From Candidatus Bathyarchaeota archaeon (GTDB taxonomy: Archaea > Thermoproteota > Bathyarchaeia > Bathyarchaeales > DTEX01): DNA of 64,000 bases. The translations under genes and the position numbers were made by a program. Positions 8,850 to 19,042 of the stretch are shown here, piece after piece; positions within the stretch are counted from its first letter, which is position 1; each line of letters opens with the position of its first letter. Under the pieces are notes generated by a model. That model made no database searches, was not told the DNA's origin, and worked only from the letters and a program-made list of their open reading frames with translations. The DNA lies in NCBI GenBank assembly GCA_963714275.1, contig CAVQNT010000006.1:128001-192000 (forward strand), in the 5' to 3' direction.

Positions 8850-9382
8850 ACTACTATTGGACCCTCTTTGCGGTCGCCTTTTGCTGCATCAGCTGGCTGA
8901 CCCATTGGAATCTGTGGCGGAAAACGTGACCAGTGTTCGTGGATGAGCTTCCATTCTCCGTTGATTTTTGTCAGAAAAGCGGACACTCGTGACTGCACGT
9001 AAAAGTCCAAGTCTCGCATTTTGCCCCGATACCTGATAATGAACGTTGCGGCAGCTGAGTCTCCGAACACAGTGGTCTTCCACGACCTCGTCTCGTACTC
9101 GTATTCTTTAAGCACCTTCAACGCCTTGGCTTCGCTTGCTAATGCTTCGGATTCCTGAAGTTCATAAGGCGGCCAATCGTCAAACTTCGTGTACTTTTCT
9201 CTGTAAACAACGCCAGTTATAGCGTCGGCGTCTCTGTTTTTTAAGCCGTCTATGCGTCGAATCAGAACGTTTCGTATCAAATCATCAACCGTAAGATTCT
9301 GTGTAGAAACCATTCTGAATCCGCAGTACTGGCAGAAGTTCGTTGTTTCGCCAATTTCTTTTCCGCAGTTTGGACAGAACAT
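8846..9382 (-). CDS. Zinc-ribbon + NTF2/SnoaL-like protein
   Basis: CPNCG...FCQYCG; C-terminal GEWKLIHEHWS. Confidence 0.85.
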   Translation of the reverse strand: MFCPNCGKEIGETTNFCQYCGFRMVSTQNLTVDDLIRNVLIRRIDGLKNRDADAITGVVYREKYTKFDDWPPYELQESEALASEAKALKVLKEYEYETRSWKTTVFGDSAAATFIIRYRGKMRDLDFYVQSRVSAFLTKINGEWKLIHEHWSRFPPQIPMGQPADAAKGDRKEGPIVV

Positions 9383-9548
9383 GTGTTTCGCCTATTGAAT
9401 TGGATGCACATCTTCTTCTAAACTTTTCTGAGGATTTTCGTTCTTCGTGCCCAAAAACTTCAGTCGTAAAAATTCGATAGTTTCATATGCCATGAAACAT
9501 TAAGATACTCCCAGCATAATTCTATGTGGAACATGGAGAGAAAGGGAT

Positions 9549-10818
9549 TTGGTAAAGTCTTCGCAAGTTTCAGGCTTCTATAAGCTCAGCATAGACGAAA
9601 GATTGAAAGTCATTAAGGACTTTGCTGGCTTAACCGACGAAGAAGCCAACCTCTTAAAGTCCACTGGCGGTCTGGAATTCGACTTAGCTGATCGCATGAT
9701 TGAAAACGTCATCGGTACCTTTCCCTTGCCCTTAGGGATAGCAGTAAACTTCCAAATCAATGGCAAAGAATACCTTATTCCGATGGCGATTGAGGAACCT
9801 TCCGTTGTCGCTGCGGCAAGCTTACTCAGCCAAGATGGCTAGAAGCCAAGGTGGATTCTTCACAAGCAGCACCGAACCCATCATGAGAGGACAAATTCAA
9901 ACAGTGAAGGTTCCAGACCCGTACAGAGCGAAAATGGCTGTATTGAAAGCTAAAGAAGAGATTCTGAAGAAAGCCAACGACCAAGATCCCCTTCTGGTTT
10001 CAGTTGGTGGCGGCGCGAAAGACGTACAAGTAAAGGTGATTGACACGCCCCGCGGTCAAATGGTAATCACGGAGTTGCTTGTCGACTGCAGGGACGCGAT
10101 GGGCGCAAACGCTGTCAACACGATGGCTGAAGCAGTCGCCCCCATGATTGAACGAATAACAAAAGGCAAAGTGTTCCTGAGAATCATCTCGAACCTTGCT
10201 ACAGAACGGCTGGCCAGGGCATGGACCGTTATCGACAAGGAGGCTGTAGGCGGAGAAGAAGTTGTCGACGGCATTCTTGAGGCTTACGCGTTCGCAGCTG
10301 GAGACCCTTACAGGGCTTCAACCCACAACAAAGGCATTCTTAACGGTATAATCGGAGTCGTCATTGCCACATGCAACGACCACAGAGCTGTCGAGGCTGG
10401 AGCTCATGCCTACGCTGCGAGGACAGGACGCTACATGCCGCTTTCGATTTGGGAAAAGGACGAGAACGGGGACCTCGTTGGGTCGATTGAGCTCCCGATG
10501 GCTGTGGGAACCATAGGCGGAGCCACGAAGGTTCATCCCGTTGCCCGAGTAGCCTTAAAGATTTTAGGCGTCAAATCAGCCCGAGAACTAGGCGAGGTTA
10601 TGGCAGCTGTTGGGTTAGCTCAAAACCTCGGCGCGTTGAGAGCTCTTGCCCACGAAGGAATCCAGAGAGGTCACATGTCTCTTCACGCTCGGAACATCGC
10701 GGTCATGGCTGGCGCAACCAGGAACCTTATTGATTTAGTCGCTGAAAAAATGGTCGCAGAAAAGAAGATCAGAATGGATAGGGCGAAAGAGCTGCTGGAA
10801 GAACTAAAAACCAAGTAG
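9549..10818 (+). CDS. mvaA: HMG-CoA reductase, class II (frameshift ~9820)
   Basis: [29 protein letters not shown] and GHMSLH across two ORFs. Confidence 0.93.
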
Positions 10819-10827
10819 CATAGCTGA

Positions 10828-11907
10828 ATGTTCGGACGTCTGGTTAAAGAGGATAATAATGTGGAGACCATTTTCTTTCTTGTTTCAGGAGAAAACCAGA
10901 CTCTGCCCTTCTCTGAGGTTAAAGCGATTCTTGAAGCAGAAGGGTTCGCCTACGAGGTTTTAGAGGGTTTTCCGCAGGTTCTCCGAGTTCATTCTGACAG
11001 CGGATGCCTAGAAGCGGTTCAGCGTAGGGCTTCCATGACGAGAATCTGCGGCGTTGAAGCCTTCAATTGCCAAGCCGAAATGAAAGAGATAAACAGAAAC
11101 GTCGAAGAAGCCGACATCGCTTCGTACATAGGCGAAAACGAGAGATTCGCTGTCCGCGTGAAAAGGGTAAGGGGAAGCTCCAGCGACATTAAGACGGAAA
11201 CGTTGGAGAAAGAACTTGGCGAAAAATTGTTAGGAAAAATAGAGAGAACAAGGGTTGACCTCAAATTTCCTCAGAAAACCTTTATCGGTTTGTTGTCAGG
11301 CGGTAGTTTCCTTTTCGGGCTGATGAAAGTGGAAATTAGGGCTAAGGGCTTCATTAAGCGTGGATCTAAAGGAAAAGTTTTTACTCACTCCGCGGAGATG
11401 CCGCCTAAGCTTTCGAGATGCATGGTTAACCTTGCTCAGCCTAGAAGCGAAGACGTTGTCCTTGACCCTTTCTGCGGAACCGGAAGCTTCCTTCTCGAAG
11501 CCAGTCTCATTGGTTGCCGAGTTCTGGGATTCGATGTTTTAAGGTCCATGGTTAGAGGAAGCTTAATGAACCTTTTCATCTTCAACGTAAATTCCGAAGG
11601 ATTAATGGTTGCAGACGCTCAGAGCCTTCCGCTTCGCGACGGGACGGTGGACTGCATCGTTACTGACCCTCCGTACGGGATCTCGGCGACGACGCTTGGG
11701 CTTGGAAGGCGGGAAGTGTTTGAAGGGTTTCTTTCAGCTGCTGCCAAGCTGGTCAAGAAAGGACATAGAATATGTGTGGCATCTCCAGAGACTGTTCAGG
11801 TTAAGGAGATTGGGGAGAGATTAGGCTTTAAGCACGTCGAGTCACACTTTATTTATATTCACCGGAGCTTAACCCGGGAAATCGCCGTCTTTCAGCTGCC
11901 ATGGTGA
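10828..11907 (+). CDS. trm11: tRNA G10 N2-methyltransferase (THUMP + MTase); start may be GTG 10861
   Basis: FAVRVKRV THUMP, LDPFCGTG, TDPPYG, HRSLTR. Confidence 0.88.
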   Translation: MFGRLVKEDNNVETIFFLVSGENQTLPFSEVKAILEAEGFAYEVLEGFPQVLRVHSDSGCLEAVQRRASMTRICGVEAFNCQAEMKEINRNVEEADIASYIGENERFAVRVKRVRGSSSDIKTETLEKELGEKLLGKIERTRVDLKFPQKTFIGLLSGGSFLFGLMKVEIRAKGFIKRGSKGKVFTHSAEMPPKLSRCMVNLAQPRSEDVVLDPFCGTGSFLLEASLIGCRVLGFDVLRSMVRGSLMNLFIFNVNSEGLMVADAQSLPLRDGTVDCIVTDPPYGISATTLGLGRREVFEGFLSAAAKLVKKGHRICVASPETVQVKEIGERLGFKHVESHFIYIHRSLTREIAVFQLPW

Positions 11908-12839
11908 CTGGTCCGATGAGCTTACAGATCACGTTTCTGGGAACTGCTGCGAGCATCCCCACCTCGACGCGGGCTCTTTCCTCCGTGGCTGTTCAACGCC
12001 AGGGTGAACTATTCCTTTTTGACTGCGGCGAGGGCACACAGAAACAGATGATTCAGGCGAAAATAGGTTTCAACCGCAAAACAAAAGTTTTCGTAACCCA
12101 CATGCATGGGGACCACGTTTTGGGGTTGCCGGGGCTGCTTCAAACCATGTCGCTGCTTGGAAGAGACAAGCCCATCCAGATTTTTGGACCCAAAGGCACA
12201 ATGAACTTTATAGAGGCAATGATATCAACCGTCGAATTCTCGCTCTACTTCCCAATCGAGGTATGCGAAATGGAGAACGAAGGACTGGTCATAAAAACAA
12301 AAGAATACGAAGTCCACGCAGCATGGGCGGAACACTCAGTCCCATGTCTGGCTTACGCGTTAACCGAGAAACCACGGGCAGGCAAGTTCCATCCCGAAAA
12401 AGCAGCTGCCCTCGGAGTGCCCAAAGGACCATTGTGGCACACATTGCAGGATGGTAAAAAGATTAAACTCATAAACGGACGGACTGTCAAGCCGCAGGAG
12501 GTGCTGGACCCGCCTAGGCTTGGAAGAAAAATCGTGATCGTCGGAGACACGAAGCCCTCAGACAACATAGCCAGACTTGCACGAGGTGCGGATGTTCTTG
12601 TCCACGAAGCCACCTTCGCCGAAGAACTCATTGAAAGAGCTGAGGAGGATTTGCACTCGACGCCCAGTGGGGCAGCCTCAGTCGCAAAAAAAGCCCGTGT
12701 CAAGCGTCTCGTCTTGACTCATGTTAGCGCCCGTTACGGAGACCCTAAAGTTCTCCTTGAAGAAGCAAGAAAAGTTTTTCCGAACACGGTTATGGCTGAA
12801 GATTTCATGAAAATTGAGGTTCCGCTGAAAGAACCCTAA
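11901..12839 (+). CDS. rnz: Ribonuclease Z
   Basis: DCGEGTQ, THMHGDH, exosite GVPKGP, HEAT, HST. Confidence 0.96.
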   Translation: MVTGPMSLQITFLGTAASIPTSTRALSSVAVQRQGELFLFDCGEGTQKQMIQAKIGFNRKTKVFVTHMHGDHVLGLPGLLQTMSLLGRDKPIQIFGPKGTMNFIEAMISTVEFSLYFPIEVCEMENEGLVIKTKEYEVHAAWAEHSVPCLAYALTEKPRAGKFHPEKAAALGVPKGPLWHTLQDGKKIKLINGRTVKPQEVLDPPRLGRKIVIVGDTKPSDNIARLARGADVLVHEATFAEELIERAEEDLHSTPSGAASVAKKARVKRLVLTHVSARYGDPKVLLEEARKVFPNTVMAEDFMKIEVPLKEP

Positions 12840-13619
12840 GCATCATTCAATAGCGTCTTAAGCTTCTGGATGCTTTCTTCCACGTTTTTTGCTGATTCTA
12901 CGACCAACGTTCCCTTGAAATCGATTTTTTTGAAGGCGCGGACGGTTTTTTGCCAGTCTATGTTTCCGTCTCCTAACCCAAGGTGCTCATCGGTTTTTCC
13001 GTGGTTGTCATGCAGGTGCGCGTGGACGATTCTTTCTGGGAGCTTCTCAAAGAATTCGTTGATTTGGCTGTTCACATTGGCATGCCCAAGGTCAAAGGTT
13101 ATGCCCAAATTAGTCTCGCCTAGGTCCTTGTAGAAGCACATAAAATCGTCTGCTGTTTTCATAAGAAACGGAAGGGGATGAAGCCCGTTCTCGATAGTTG
13201 CGTTGACGCCAAATTCCTGTGCAGCCGAAAGCAAATCACGGATGGATTCAAGGTTTAGCTCCCAATCCAAGCCCTGTGCGAAGTGACTGTTTCCCATATG
13301 CAATCCGGGATGGAAGACCCAGTAGTTTGAGCCGAGCTCGCTCGAAAATTTCAGCGACCGCTTAAGGCGTGCGAGGACAGACTATTCTGGCGGGTTTAGA
13401 GTGTAACGCGATGTTTACGTCGATGAATGGGGCGTGAACCGAGGTCGTGAATCCTCTTTTCTTTATAATTTTCTCTAGGGATTCCACGCGGGTTTCGTCT
13501 AGCGCGTGGTGTCCGTCGTCCACGATTTCGACATTTTCCGCGTCGACGGTCTCGAGTTCTTTCAGCATATCTGCGAAGGGTAGCTCGTAACAGTAAAGCG
13601 TTGACAAGCCGATTTTCAA
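12836..13619 (-). CDS. Sugar phosphate isomerase/epimerase TIM barrel (frameshifted)
   Basis: HAPFIDVN, EN, DLGH and HLHDN motifs across fragments. Confidence 0.8.
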
Positions 13620-13632
13620 TTTTTATGGTCTC

Positions 13633-14049
13633 CTATGGTTTGGGTGTTTTCGGGGTCAGCCAATCGATGAGTTTCCGTGGGTTGTCGCATTGAACCTCGA
13701 CCTGGATGGGTCCAAGCGGCGATTCTCCTTCGGGCTGAGAGAACGATATGTGCCCTGCGTATGCGACTTGCTTGTTAAGGTAAAAGGTTATTGTGTTCCC
13801 GCCTAGTCCGCTGAGAAGCACCCTTCTGGCTGCGTCCCGAATTCTTTCTTTCCTCAAAAGCTCTTGGAAAGCCGAAAGCTGCTCGAGCCCTTCTGCGGTT
13901 CCCTTAAGGTAAGTTCGGTCTTTTTCGTCTATTTTTTCTAGATGAATTGGTCCAAGAACCCTTTGAACTGCAACCTGAACTTTGTTTGAATCCTCTGTTG
14001 GATTAACCTCCACATCAACATAGATTTTTACATTTCCAGATTCGCTCAT
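13633..14049 (-). CDS. UPF0201/DUF54 RNA-binding protein
   Basis: VNPTED, LNKQVAYAG, ESPLGPI. Confidence 0.85.
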   Translation of the reverse strand: MSESGNVKIYVDVEVNPTEDSNKVQVAVQRVLGPIHLEKIDEKDRTYLKGTAEGLEQLSAFQELLRKERIRDAARRVLLSGLGGNTITFYLNKQVAYAGHISFSQPEGESPLGPIQVEVQCDNPRKLIDWLTPKTPKP

Positions 14050-14600
14050 ACTATGAACTCCTTGTTGAGAATTTTCCGTAGTTTTTGTTTAAAAGCTTCT
14101 TTTGTTCCTTCGTTGACGACCATTATGTCGGCTGTCGCGATGACGCAGCCGAGTCCCACGCTTAGTTCACGCTGGTCCCGTTCGTTAAACACTTTCCAGC
14201 CTTTAGGGTCGTCGCTCCTATTCCTTGTAACTAAGCGTTCAAACCTTGTCTTCGGAGACGCGTGGACTGCGATTATTTTCAAGTCTGTATGTTCGTTTTT
14301 GTATTCCGCAACTTCGTCTGGGCTTCGGATACCATCGATGACCACGATTTTCGAGTTTAAGGCTTCGATTTTGGGCAGACACCTTATGGCCAAGACTCCA
14401 GGTCCTTCTTCTGCCCTTAGTCTAAGCATGGTTTTTCCGAGGTTTTCAGGAGTGGGAGGCAAGCCTTTCCGTTCAGCTTCAGCTCTGACCTCGTCGCCCA
14501 TGGTAACTATTGGGAAGCCGAGTTCCCGGAAGACTTCTCGGACAACGTCTTTTCCTGCTCCGGGCATCCCGGTTACGCCGATAACGGTTTTCTTTGTCAC
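14046..14600 (-). CDS. UPF0200 P-loop kinase (dephospho-CoA kinase-like)
   Basis: GMPGAGK, MGDEVR, IDGIRS, RSDD. Confidence 0.85.
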   Translation of the reverse strand: MTKKTVIGVTGMPGAGKDVVREVFRELGFPIVTMGDEVRAEAERKGLPPTPENLGKTMLRLRAEEGPGVLAIRCLPKIEALNSKIVVIDGIRSPDEVAEYKNEHTDLKIIAVHASPKTRFERLVTRNRSDDPKGWKVFNERDQRELSVGLGCVIATADIMVVNEGTKEAFKQKLRKILNKEFIV

Positions 14601-14761
14601 TTTCCTTGCTCGACCTTCCTGAAAGCGTCTAAACCTTTTTTGGTATCCATTATTGGACTTCTTTTTGTTTAATATTGTGTGATGTTAAATAAATTTTAAT
14701 ATATGCAGTCTGCGGTAAGGTTATAACGACGCAATTATTCAAGGGCAGGTTTTGGTTTGGT

Positions 14762-15328
14762 ATGGAGATGATTCGCAGTTTCGTAGCTTTCGACATCAGC
14801 GAAGCCTCGGTTCTGAACAACCTTTCCAGGGTTCAAGACGTGCTTTTGGGAACGGACGCGGACCTTAAGCTCGTTAAACCTGAAAACGTTCATATGACCT
14901 TAAGGTTCCTCGGGGATGTTACTCTGGAAATGGTTGACTTGGTTCACCGCGAAATGGAACAAGTCCAGTTTGCACCGTTCGAGGTTAAGATTGAAGGAAC
15001 CGGGGTCTTCCCGAATCCCAAGCACATAAGCGTCATTTGGGCAGGCATACGTCAAGGAGCCAACGAGTCGAGAGCAATCTTCGACCAGCTGGAGCCTAGG
15101 CTGCAGACTCTAGGATTTAAACCAGACTATAAGGGCTTCAGTCCCCATTTGACGATTGCCCGTGTTAGAACAGGAAGAAACAGGGATGCTTTGGTTGAAA
15201 AATTGAGGAGTCTGGAAGGTTTCGAGTTCGGTTCAGTTAAGGCTGAATGTTTACGGTTGAAGAAAAGTGTTCTCTCACCTCAGGGACCAGTATATTCGGT
15301 TCTGCGGGAAACTTGCCATAAAACCTGA
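14762..15328 (+). CDS. thpR: RNA 2',3'-cyclic phosphodiesterase
   Basis: Two HxT motifs (HMTLRF, HLTIAR). Confidence 0.93.
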   Translation: MEMIRSFVAFDISEASVLNNLSRVQDVLLGTDADLKLVKPENVHMTLRFLGDVTLEMVDLVHREMEQVQFAPFEVKIEGTGVFPNPKHISVIWAGIRQGANESRAIFDQLEPRLQTLGFKPDYKGFSPHLTIARVRTGRNRDALVEKLRSLEGFEFGSVKAECLRLKKSVLSPQGPVYSVLRETCHKT

Positions 15329-15358
15329 CAAACGATCCAAGTCTTGGAGTAGAATTGC

Positions 15359-16789
15359 ATGAGCCTGAAGGAAAATCGAGCGAAAATTCAGAAAGTATGC
15401 AAGCAGGTTCTTCGTAAAGCCACTCCTAACGCAAAGGAAAAAGAGAAAACTGAACGTTTTTCACAAAAATTGGTGGCTAAGCTTCAGTGGGAGTCTCAAA
15501 AAGCTGGGTTAGACGCGGAATCTCACGTTGAGGGTTCGGTTGCCAAGGACACGTGGCTTGCTGACGAGAAGGATATTGACCTTTTTGTTCTTGCGCCTAA
15601 GGGCCTCGGCAGAGAAGCCTTCGTGAAGGTGTTGGACGTCGCGAAGAAGGTTGCTGGAAAAAAGTTTTTGGAGGCTTACGCAGAGCATCCTTACGTCAAG
15701 GCTGAGGTTGAAGGCTTCACCGTTGATTTTGTTCCGTGCTTTAAGGTTGAGTCCGCTGGGCAGGCTGAGTCTTCCGTGGACAGAACTCCGTTCCACACCA
15801 AGTATGTTAAGAGCCACTTGTCCGAGGAAGCCAAGAAAGAGGTTCGTTTGCTGAAAAGGTTCATGCGGGGCATAGGCACCTACGGGGCGGAAATAAGGGT
15901 CGGAGGTTTCAGCGGCTATTTGTGCGAAGTTCTCGTCATGCATTATGGAGGTTTCCTTGGTCTGTTGGAAGCCACCGCGGACTGGGGAGAAACCGTAATC
16001 ATCGACTTGGAAAACTATTATAAAGGTCAAGAAGCGGAAATCCGAAAGGTTTTTCATGAGCCTCTTGTTGTCGTGGACGTGGTGGACAAGGGAAGAAACG
16101 TCGCCTCAGCTGTCAAGCCAGAAAGGCTTTACGAGTTCATCGCTGCGTCGAGGCAGTTCTTGAAGGCTCCAATCTTTAGATTTTTCTATCCTGAACCTGT
16201 TGAACCTTTAGCTTTTGACGAGTTTTCCCGAACAATGGAGTCAAGGGGAACAACCTTGGTTTTACTAAAAACGGCGGCTATTAAAGCTGTGCCTGACGTG
16301 CTTTGGGGGCAGCTGTACAGGTCCCAAAAGGCGTTGTCGAAAATGGTTTCTGGGCGTGGCTTCAGCGTTGTTCGCGACGCGGTTTGGAGCGACGAAAAAA
16401 CTGTGGACGTCTTTGTTTTCGAGCTAGGTTCCCGTTATCTACCCGCGGTCGAAAGGCATGCTGGTCCGCCCGTAACGAAGAAAGATGATTGCGAAAAGTT
16501 TCTGGCGAAGTATACGGAGTCCGCTGAGGTGTTGTCGGGTCCTAGGGTTGATGGCGACAAGTGGATTGTTGATAGGCGGAGAAAATATACGGATGTTGTT
16601 GAGCTTTTTCGAGAGAAACTGGGGGACGGCGGGAAAGACTTGGGGTTAGCGAGCCAGGTTTCGGAGGCTTTCTCGTCTTCTTTCAAGGTTTTGGTGAACA
16701 GCGAAGTCAAAAGCTTCTATCAGCGCAATCGTGGTTTCAGCGTGTTCTTGACAGAGTTCCTTGTTGGCAAGCCAAGATGGCTACAATGA
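15359..16789 (+). CDS. cca: Archaeal class I CCA-adding enzyme
   Basis: GSVAKDTWL..DIDLF, YAEHPY, DRTPFH, GGFSGYLCE. Confidence 0.96.
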   Translation: MSLKENRAKIQKVCKQVLRKATPNAKEKEKTERFSQKLVAKLQWESQKAGLDAESHVEGSVAKDTWLADEKDIDLFVLAPKGLGREAFVKVLDVAKKVAGKKFLEAYAEHPYVKAEVEGFTVDFVPCFKVESAGQAESSVDRTPFHTKYVKSHLSEEAKKEVRLLKRFMRGIGTYGAEIRVGGFSGYLCEVLVMHYGGFLGLLEATADWGETVIIDLENYYKGQEAEIRKVFHEPLVVVDVVDKGRNVASAVKPERLYEFIAASRQFLKAPIFRFFYPEPVEPLAFDEFSRTMESRGTTLVLLKTAAIKAVPDVLWGQLYRSQKALSKMVSGRGFSVVRDAVWSDEKTVDVFVFELGSRYLPAVERHAGPPVTKKDDCEKFLAKYTESAEVLSGPRVDGDKWIVDRRRKYTDVVELFREKLGDGGKDLGLASQVSEAFSSSFKVLVNSEVKSFYQRNRGFSVFLTEFLVGKPRWLQ

Positions 16790-16855
16790 ATTGCATAAGT
16801 CTTCTGAATTATTAAATCTCCACGTTCTTGGAAGAAGCGAACTGAGAGTGAACTG

Positions 16856-17619
16856 ATGGACAAATTTGTTCCCCTGGACAATCTCGAAAAGGAAGGTTAC
16901 GCACACATCCTTTGTTACCCGAAGGTTGATGCTGAAGAATTGGGTAGACGGTTGGCTGAGATGAAACAGCTCAGCGTAGAAGCATTATCTTTCAGGGGAG
17001 ACAAGAAAGTCAACAACGTCCAAGTTCTGGGGAAAGGCTACGTTGGAATCGTGGTCCTAGCCAAAACCAGATCGGGACCAGCTGCGCTGAAGATTCGAAG
17101 AACCGACTCGGGCAGAACAGGGATGGGACATGAAGCCAAAATTTTGGAGAAGGCGAACTCTGTTGACATTGGTCCGAAGCTGCTGGGTTGCTCCGAGAAC
17201 CTTCTTTTGATGGAGTTTGTTGACGGTCAGCCTTTTCCAAAGTGGGTCGAAGGCGTTGCGGAAACGGAGGACACTCGGATGATTGCGAAAAAGGTTTTGA
17301 AGGAAATTTTGGAGCAATGCTGGAGGCTTGATAAAATCGGTGTCGATCATGGGGAGTCAGCAACGCGCCAAAACACATTGTTGTACGCGGCGACGGCGGA
17401 GTCTGCATCTTAGATTTTGAGTCAGCCAGCGTCCAAAGAAGAGTCTCGAACGTGACCTCAGTGTGCCACTACCTTTTCATGAAGGGGTCAATTGCCGAGA
17501 CTGTCAGAAAAAAGGTTGTGGACGTAAATTCGGATTCTCTTCTTAATGCTTTGAAGGCTTACAAAGAAAATCGCGCAAAAAACAATTTTGAAAGAATCCT
17601 GAAGCTTTGTTTGTTCTAG
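16856..17619 (+). CDS. Archaeal Ser/Thr kinase-like protein (frameshift ~17357)
   Basis: LGKGYVG, ALKIRR, DHGE; the shifted frame gives SNAPKH...ILDFESAS and stops at 17619. Confidence 0.85.
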
Positions 17620-17660
17620 GGTTCATGATTTACAATGTGGCTTTCTATTTGGAAGCTAAG

Positions 17661-17858
17661 TTATATTTCCTTTATTTCGCATTTCAGCTTCTTGAAGACT
17701 TCGTCTGTCTTTTTGGGTTCGATCTTCAACGTGAAAAGCTCATTTTTAGTTCTGAGCTTAAGTTTCGTCATGTTCTTTGCCTTCTTCACACGGCAGTACT
17801 CCGCCTTCTCAGACAACCGAACAAACTCGTCAACGTCCAAAACTTCAACAGGCAACAT
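17661..17858 (-). CDS. rpl38e: 50S ribosomal protein eL38
   Basis: MLPVEVLDVDEFVRLS...CRVKK...KLKLRT..LFTLK matches the L38e pattern. Confidence 0.8.
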   Translation of the reverse strand: MLPVEVLDVDEFVRLSEKAEYCRVKKAKNMTKLKLRTKNELFTLKIEPKKTDEVFKKLKCEIKEI

Positions 17859-18083
17859 TCCGACCTCCTTCAAACATTCCTCGATCTAGACGGGAATCCA
17901 TCATTATTTCATTCATTACACACGGTTCAAAGAGTGTCCTAAACACTCACTTAATGAAGAAATCCTCATTCTAATACAAAAAACAACTTAATAAACCTTA
18001 AAAAAACTGTCCAATTTTTTACGCGACCAGAAACATTGAAAAAAGCTTCCAGAACATTCGTTTTTGTTTTTTAACAACGTCTT

Positions 18084-18704
18084 CTAGGAGCCTGTCATGG
18101 AGGAGCTGGACCGTCTTTTATAAAAGTATAATCCGATTGAGATCGCAGCTATCACGGCTATGATCGCTCCGAAGAACACGTACATGAAATACCACGGTAT
18201 CGGGTCAAAAACGGTGAAGGTTTCGATGCTGTCCTCAAAATCTGGAAGAAATTGCTGATACTCGGTCGTGATGGCGGCGTACGTTACGACGTACACCCTC
18301 AGGTTTCTGACCAGCATGACCTGCTTGATCATGAAATCGTACCCTTGCGTGGTGATGTGGGTAACAATCTCGTATGCGGTGATGCCTTTGACGACTCTTC
18401 TCGACTCGGAAATGATAAAAAAACTGTCAAACAACGATGGATACTGGTCCTTGACGGCTGTAGCCAACTCCGCCAATGTCATGTCAGACGATAGGGATTG
18501 AACAACGACGTTAATCAATACTGTCTCATTTTCCACTGTTGGCTCGTAGAAGGCTACGACAGTACCCGACACCGTGTCATCAACAGTCCACCCTGAAGGC
18601 TCGTCAATTGAAAATCTGTTTTCATCGTTCGTGTAAGCCCGTACAGACCCCACCGAAACACAGAACAAAACGATAACAAGTGCAACTATTAACGCTTTCC
18701 TCAT
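18084..18704 (-). CDS. Secreted, C-terminally anchored PsbP/DcrB-like protein
   Basis: Likely start MRKALIV; signal peptide; FSIDEPSGW; C-terminal TM helix followed by KRR. Confidence 0.75.
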   Translation of the reverse strand: MRKALIVALVIVLFCVSVGSVRAYTNDENRFSIDEPSGWTVDDTVSGTVVAFYEPTVENETVLINVVVQSLSSDMTLAELATAVKDQYPSLFDSFFIISESRRVVKGITAYEIVTHITTQGYDFMIKQVMLVRNLRVYVVTYAAITTEYQQFLPDFEDSIETFTVFDPIPWYFMYVFFGAIIAVIAAISIGLYFYKRRSSSSMTGS

Positions 18705-18935
18705 TTCCAGAACCCTCTTCACGCACCTAATTCCATAATATTTCAGGAATTCTCTTAATAGCCTTATTTCATCCTCTCGAAATTGAAAAGCCACTGTTTT
18801 GTTGTTCAAACTGCATTTTCGGATGATGAACAAAATAGACCTGACGAAAATATGCTCTTGCGCCCCAAGATTGCAGAAATAATGCGCCACAAATCAGAAT
18901 AGGTCTTCACGGATTATGGATTGTCATGCACATGG

Positions 18936-19010
18936 AAAACTCGAATGTTACAAAAATCAGACCAGACAGGGACGCATGAAACCGCAGCTCCGCAATGAAC
19001 AAAAATGACA
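18936..19010 (+). repeat. Partial copy A of dispersed non-coding repeat
   Basis: AAAACTCGAATGTTACAaAAATCAGAC is 26/27 identical to 31954-31980. Confidence 0.75.
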
Positions 19011-19042
19011 AGCAAACAAAATGAAACAGCAGCTGTATGTAC

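Noticed and set aside
18820-18880. Possible C/D box sRNA (ATGATGA-N11-CTGA)
   Set aside because: No convincing C' and D boxes follow.
18705-18890. N-terminal extension of the PsbP-like ORF
   Set aside because: The signal peptide starts at 18704.
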